Assembly: GCA_951406725.2 (NCBI GenBank) | Contig: OX597827.1 | Location: forward strand, 81,778,001 to 81,842,000 | Reading direction: 5' to 3' | From: Octopus vulgaris | Lineage: Eukaryota | Length of the DNA: 64,000 nt | Program-made: the position numbers and the translations under genes | Part shown: piece by piece, positions 61,718 through 64,000 of the stretch | Layout of the letters: every line of letters starts with the position of its first letter | How positions within the stretch are numbered: position 1 is the first letter of the stretch | Notes under the pieces: model-generated | The model's database searches: none | Seen by the model: the letters and a program-made list of their open reading frames with translations, nothing else | What the model was told of the DNA's origin: nothing

Positions 61718-62212
61718 AGCTCTATCATTAAAAGAACAATCAGTAATGAAAAAGGAAGAACCACATTGAAACTAGCAAAAGGTAACAACAACAACAACAG
61801 GAGAAAAAAAAAAGAAACAAAAGTTAACAACGACAACAACAACAACAAGAGAAGGAAGATCAAAACAAGAACAACCTCATCAACAGAAAAAAAAAACATA
61901 ACAATAGCAACAACAACAACAACAACAGCTACTACTACCACTGCAACTGCTACTAACAACCATATAATCAAAATCACAGGAACAACAGAAGTTCCTCCCC
62001 CACCCCCTCCACATACATTTAATAACCCACCCACCACCTCCACCCACCGCCACCACCTCTGCCACCCTCTGTACTGAATCAACCTCAGCATTGTTGCTGT
62101 TGTACCTAGGTACATATTTTCCTATATTTCTGATACCTTCAGACTACAACTACCACCACCACTGCTACCATTACCTACTGCTACTACTACATCCCATGCC
62201 ACTACAACTGAT

Positions 62213-62433
62213 ATTGGTTTCCAATTTTGGTGCAAGGCCATCAATTTCGACGAGAGGGTGGGTAAGTCGATTACATCAACCCCAGCACACAACTGGTATT
62301 TATTTTATCGACCCTGAAAGGATGAAAAGTAAAGTGGATCCTGGTGGAATTTGAACTCAGAACGCAGTGACAGACAAAATGCTGTTGAACCGTTTGCCCA
62401 GCATGCTAGCAGTTCCACCAGCACACCACCTTA
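62213..62433 (-). mobile_element. SINE family B variant with a different tail
   Basis: Reverse complement of GAGTTCAAATTCC..CTTT.CTTTTCATCCTTTCAGGGTCGATAAAATAA.TACCAG. Confidence 0.8.
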
Positions 62434-63212
62434 CCACTCCCACTAACCACTATGATACCGTTTCCGTACCATCACCTCCCTACTACCACCTATACCACAA
62501 TCTCATCTTGATTTGCTATTCCACCATTGTGCCAGTAATTCTATCTCTCCTACAACACTCTCTCCAACTGTAGCCTATGCTACTTCTATATACACTGCTA
62601 CCAACACCACATAACACTACCTATACCACTAAAACATATACTGTCACAAACACCTACTTTTGCCAGTACTACGCCCACTGTTGTAGCATTCTCTCTCTGT
62701 CAACAACACCACTACGATGCCACCACCATTTCTACTAGTACCAGGGCTATAATTCCCTCTCTGAACCACCACCATCACTCCCCCCTCCATCATACCATTA
62801 TTCTACAGTGCCAGTGACACTTATTGATTTCAAAACTGATAAAATTCGCTGTTTCTTGCTACCATTGCCATTTCAAGAAACTGAGGGTGGTGGGGTGGGG
62901 GGATAGTGTCATACAGGAGTGTATAATGGTATGTAGTGGGAGTGGTGGTGGTGGTGGTGTTGGTCATCATAGTGATGGTGATGATGTTGATGGTGGTAGT
63001 GATGATGATGGTAGTGGTGGTTGTATAGGTGGTCATTGTGGCAGTGATGGTAGTGATGTTGGTCATGGTGGTCATGGTGGGTGAGCCTCAGGTCAGTCCT
63101 GGTTGAATAGCTCTGGGATCAAAGGTTTTCCTTGCAATAGTTATCGCAACAGTTGTCCTAGAGGACAGAACTGTTTTTGGAGAAAATAGTTGCAAATACA
63201 AATATCCTTAAC

Positions 63213-63863
63213 CAGTGGTTCTCAACCATAAATGGACCCCTTTGATTCCTATTTGACTCAGCTGAACCCTCATCGCCATTCCATGTATATAAAAGAATTC
63301 TTTTGGTATTTTTATAATTAAAATCTTACAAGGAATTGTTTTAAAAAATTTTATAAAATATTTTGTGTATTGTAGAATTATAACCTACTAGCAGTATCAC
63401 CTGGCATTGCTCGGGTTTGTTTCGACCCTTTAGAATTGGAATTTTTGAAAAGTAAAAATTTTGCATTATGTAGCGTGTTATTCTCTTTAAGTGAACATTT
63501 TTCTGGTTGAAATACACCGAAAAATGGCAACACAGCAGTCAAAAAATCGTTAAAAATAGGGATTTTCATAGAAAAAAAGCACCTTTTTGATGTAAATAAT
63601 TTTTGGTGTTAACATGGTCCGATTTGAATTTTTTCTTCTATGGAAGGAAGAGTAAGCCTTTTTCTATCATATTCTCAATTTTGGTCAACTTGCACTGCAG
63701 GGTCTCGGAGGAGATAGTGTTAGTTGAAGGCTGCCAAACCTGCCACACATAGACAACTTCAGCTTTATATATATATATAGAGAGATTTATTGGGCATAAA
63801 TTTTAGCAACAAAATCTTATGTGAACCCTTATGGGCCATATGAACCCTAGTTTAGAACCACTG
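63213..63863. mobile_element. hAT-like MITE interrupted by a Helitron
   Basis: TIRs CAGTGGTTCTCAAC / GTTTAGAACCACTG with G(G/A)ACCC subterminal motifs. TSD not clear. Confidence 0.75.
63388..63785 (-). mobile_element. Non-autonomous Helitron
   Basis: Minus strand A|TCTCTCTATATATAT..AAAGCTGAAG, ending ACCCGAGCAATGCCAGGT..CTAG|T. Confidence 0.82.
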
Positions 63864-64000
63864 TTCTGGACCTACAATTGAACATATTTCTGAATTTATT
63901 TGGTGAGAATCTGTTTTGAAATGAGTATTCAAGAAGGTCTACATAACTTCTGTTTCTCTGTTATTTGAGTGAGAGACATTAACTCAATAAAATTACTGCT

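Noticed and set aside
53000-64000. Downstream cytoplasmic exons of the protocadherin
   Set aside because: I found no candidate with convincing splice sites and coding character.

Overview
AT-rich, microsatellite-dense animal DNA, most likely from an octopus or another coleoid cephalopod (inferred from the gene and the repeat families). The only host coding sequence I can support is a large protocadherin exon at 50459-52914 (+), encoding a signal peptide, 6 cadherin repeats, a TM helix and the start of the cytoplasmic tail. The rest is nested mobile DNA. It includes a young 5'-truncated RTE LINE whose intact 737-aa ORF carries a PHD finger inside the RT, three decayed R4/Dong-like RLE retroelements, Penelope-like elements, mariner/Tc1 relics, hAT, piggyBac and mariner MITEs, two non-autonomous Helitrons and several tRNA-derived SINE families. 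The most unusual signal is a recurring architecture of palindromes or inverted duplications whose arms carry type I minimal hammerhead ribozyme motifs with palindromic stem III. The best case is a near-perfect 717-bp hairpin at 41311-42027; others lie at 55698-55973 and 23985-24680, with about ten further hammerhead relics. All calls were made by eye without database searches. Nearly all short ORFs in the track are microsatellite artefacts.
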